DNA of 64,000 nucleotides from an uncultured virus (IMG/VR IMGVR_UViG_3300021197_001448) (Duplodnaviria; Heunggongvirae; Uroviricota; Caudoviricetes): IMG/VR virus record IMGVR_UViG_3300021197_001448; one strand, 5' to 3'. Shown piece by piece: positions 63,669 to 64,000 of this stretch (position 1 is its first letter; each line of letters starts with the position of its first letter). The notes under the pieces were generated by a model. It saw only the letters and a program-made list of their open reading frames with translations, ran no database searches and was not told where the DNA came from. The position numbers and the translations under genes were made by a program.

Positions 63669-64000
63669 TCAAATTACTTCTGCTTCTGACCTATCGTCGG
63701 GATCGACTTCTTGCTCATCTGCAATCTCTTGTTGCGTTTTCAACGGCATTCTGAGAGTAGCCTTTCCATTTTGAATATCAACTACGGCTTCTTCCCCTGT
63801 TGCATTATCTTTAACCTGTAAGTGCTTCATAGGAATTTCCTCAGTTTCTTCGCCTTCTTTTGGATCATAGAAAGTAGTTCCACTATCCTCGATCAATTCA
63901 GTAGGTCCTCTTGGCGCAGTAATATCGGCTTGCATACCTGCCCATGCCCCGCCATCTGGAGAGATTCGATTCATTCTTGGGAACATTCTTTCAATGATGT
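63669..64000 (-). CDS. Partial CDS running off the window edge (C-terminus only)
   Basis: Frame open to the edge of the window. Confidence 0.65.
   Translation of the reverse strand, partial: IIERMFPRMNRISPDGGAWAGMQADITAPRGPTELIEDSGTTFYDPKEGEETEEIPMKHLQVKDNATGEEAVVDIQNGKATLRMPLKTQQEIADEQEVDPDDRSEAEVI

Noticed and set aside
1..64000. tRNA/rRNA genes, integrase, transposase, and antisense ORFs in the track
   Set aside because: None recognised by eye (tRNAscan-SE would be decisive); antisense ORFs shadow well-supported genes.

Overview
A 64-kb part of a tailed (Caudoviricetes-type) archaeal virus genome, most likely a Magrovirus-like virus of Marine Group II/Poseidoniales. The host is inferred from a group II chaperonin, TFB-like and DUF3860-like proteins, a PriS-PriL primase, MCM-like and XPF-like proteins, GGTGA/GGAGG Shine-Dalgarno sites, TATA-like promoters and a halovirus/magrovirus-type capsid and protease. 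Layout: (i) about 1 kb non-coding left end full of iterated and inverted motifs, a candidate origin or terminus; (ii) a + strand arm (1040-33304) with small early genes, an SF1 helicase, a thermosome, transcription-factor-like genes and a replication/recombination/DNA-modification block; (iii) a converging - strand arm (33310-64000) with the morphogenesis module from prohead protease and major capsid protein to tape measure and very large tail-tip proteins. No DNA polymerase, terminase, portal, tRNA or CRISPR array was recognised. There is a 100-N assembly gap at 25575-25674. Most interesting signals: a shared F-x-x-[AST]-W-x-x-[ILMV]-K-type peptide tag on about 8 unrelated small late proteins (candidate capsid-targeting and cleavage signal), gene-junction direct repeats delimiting excisable early-gene cassettes, a nested EcoHK31I-beta-like ORF in the methylase, a -1 tail-chaperone frameshift, and several apparently catalytically dead enzyme homologues. 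All family calls are from motif recognition by eye, not database searches.
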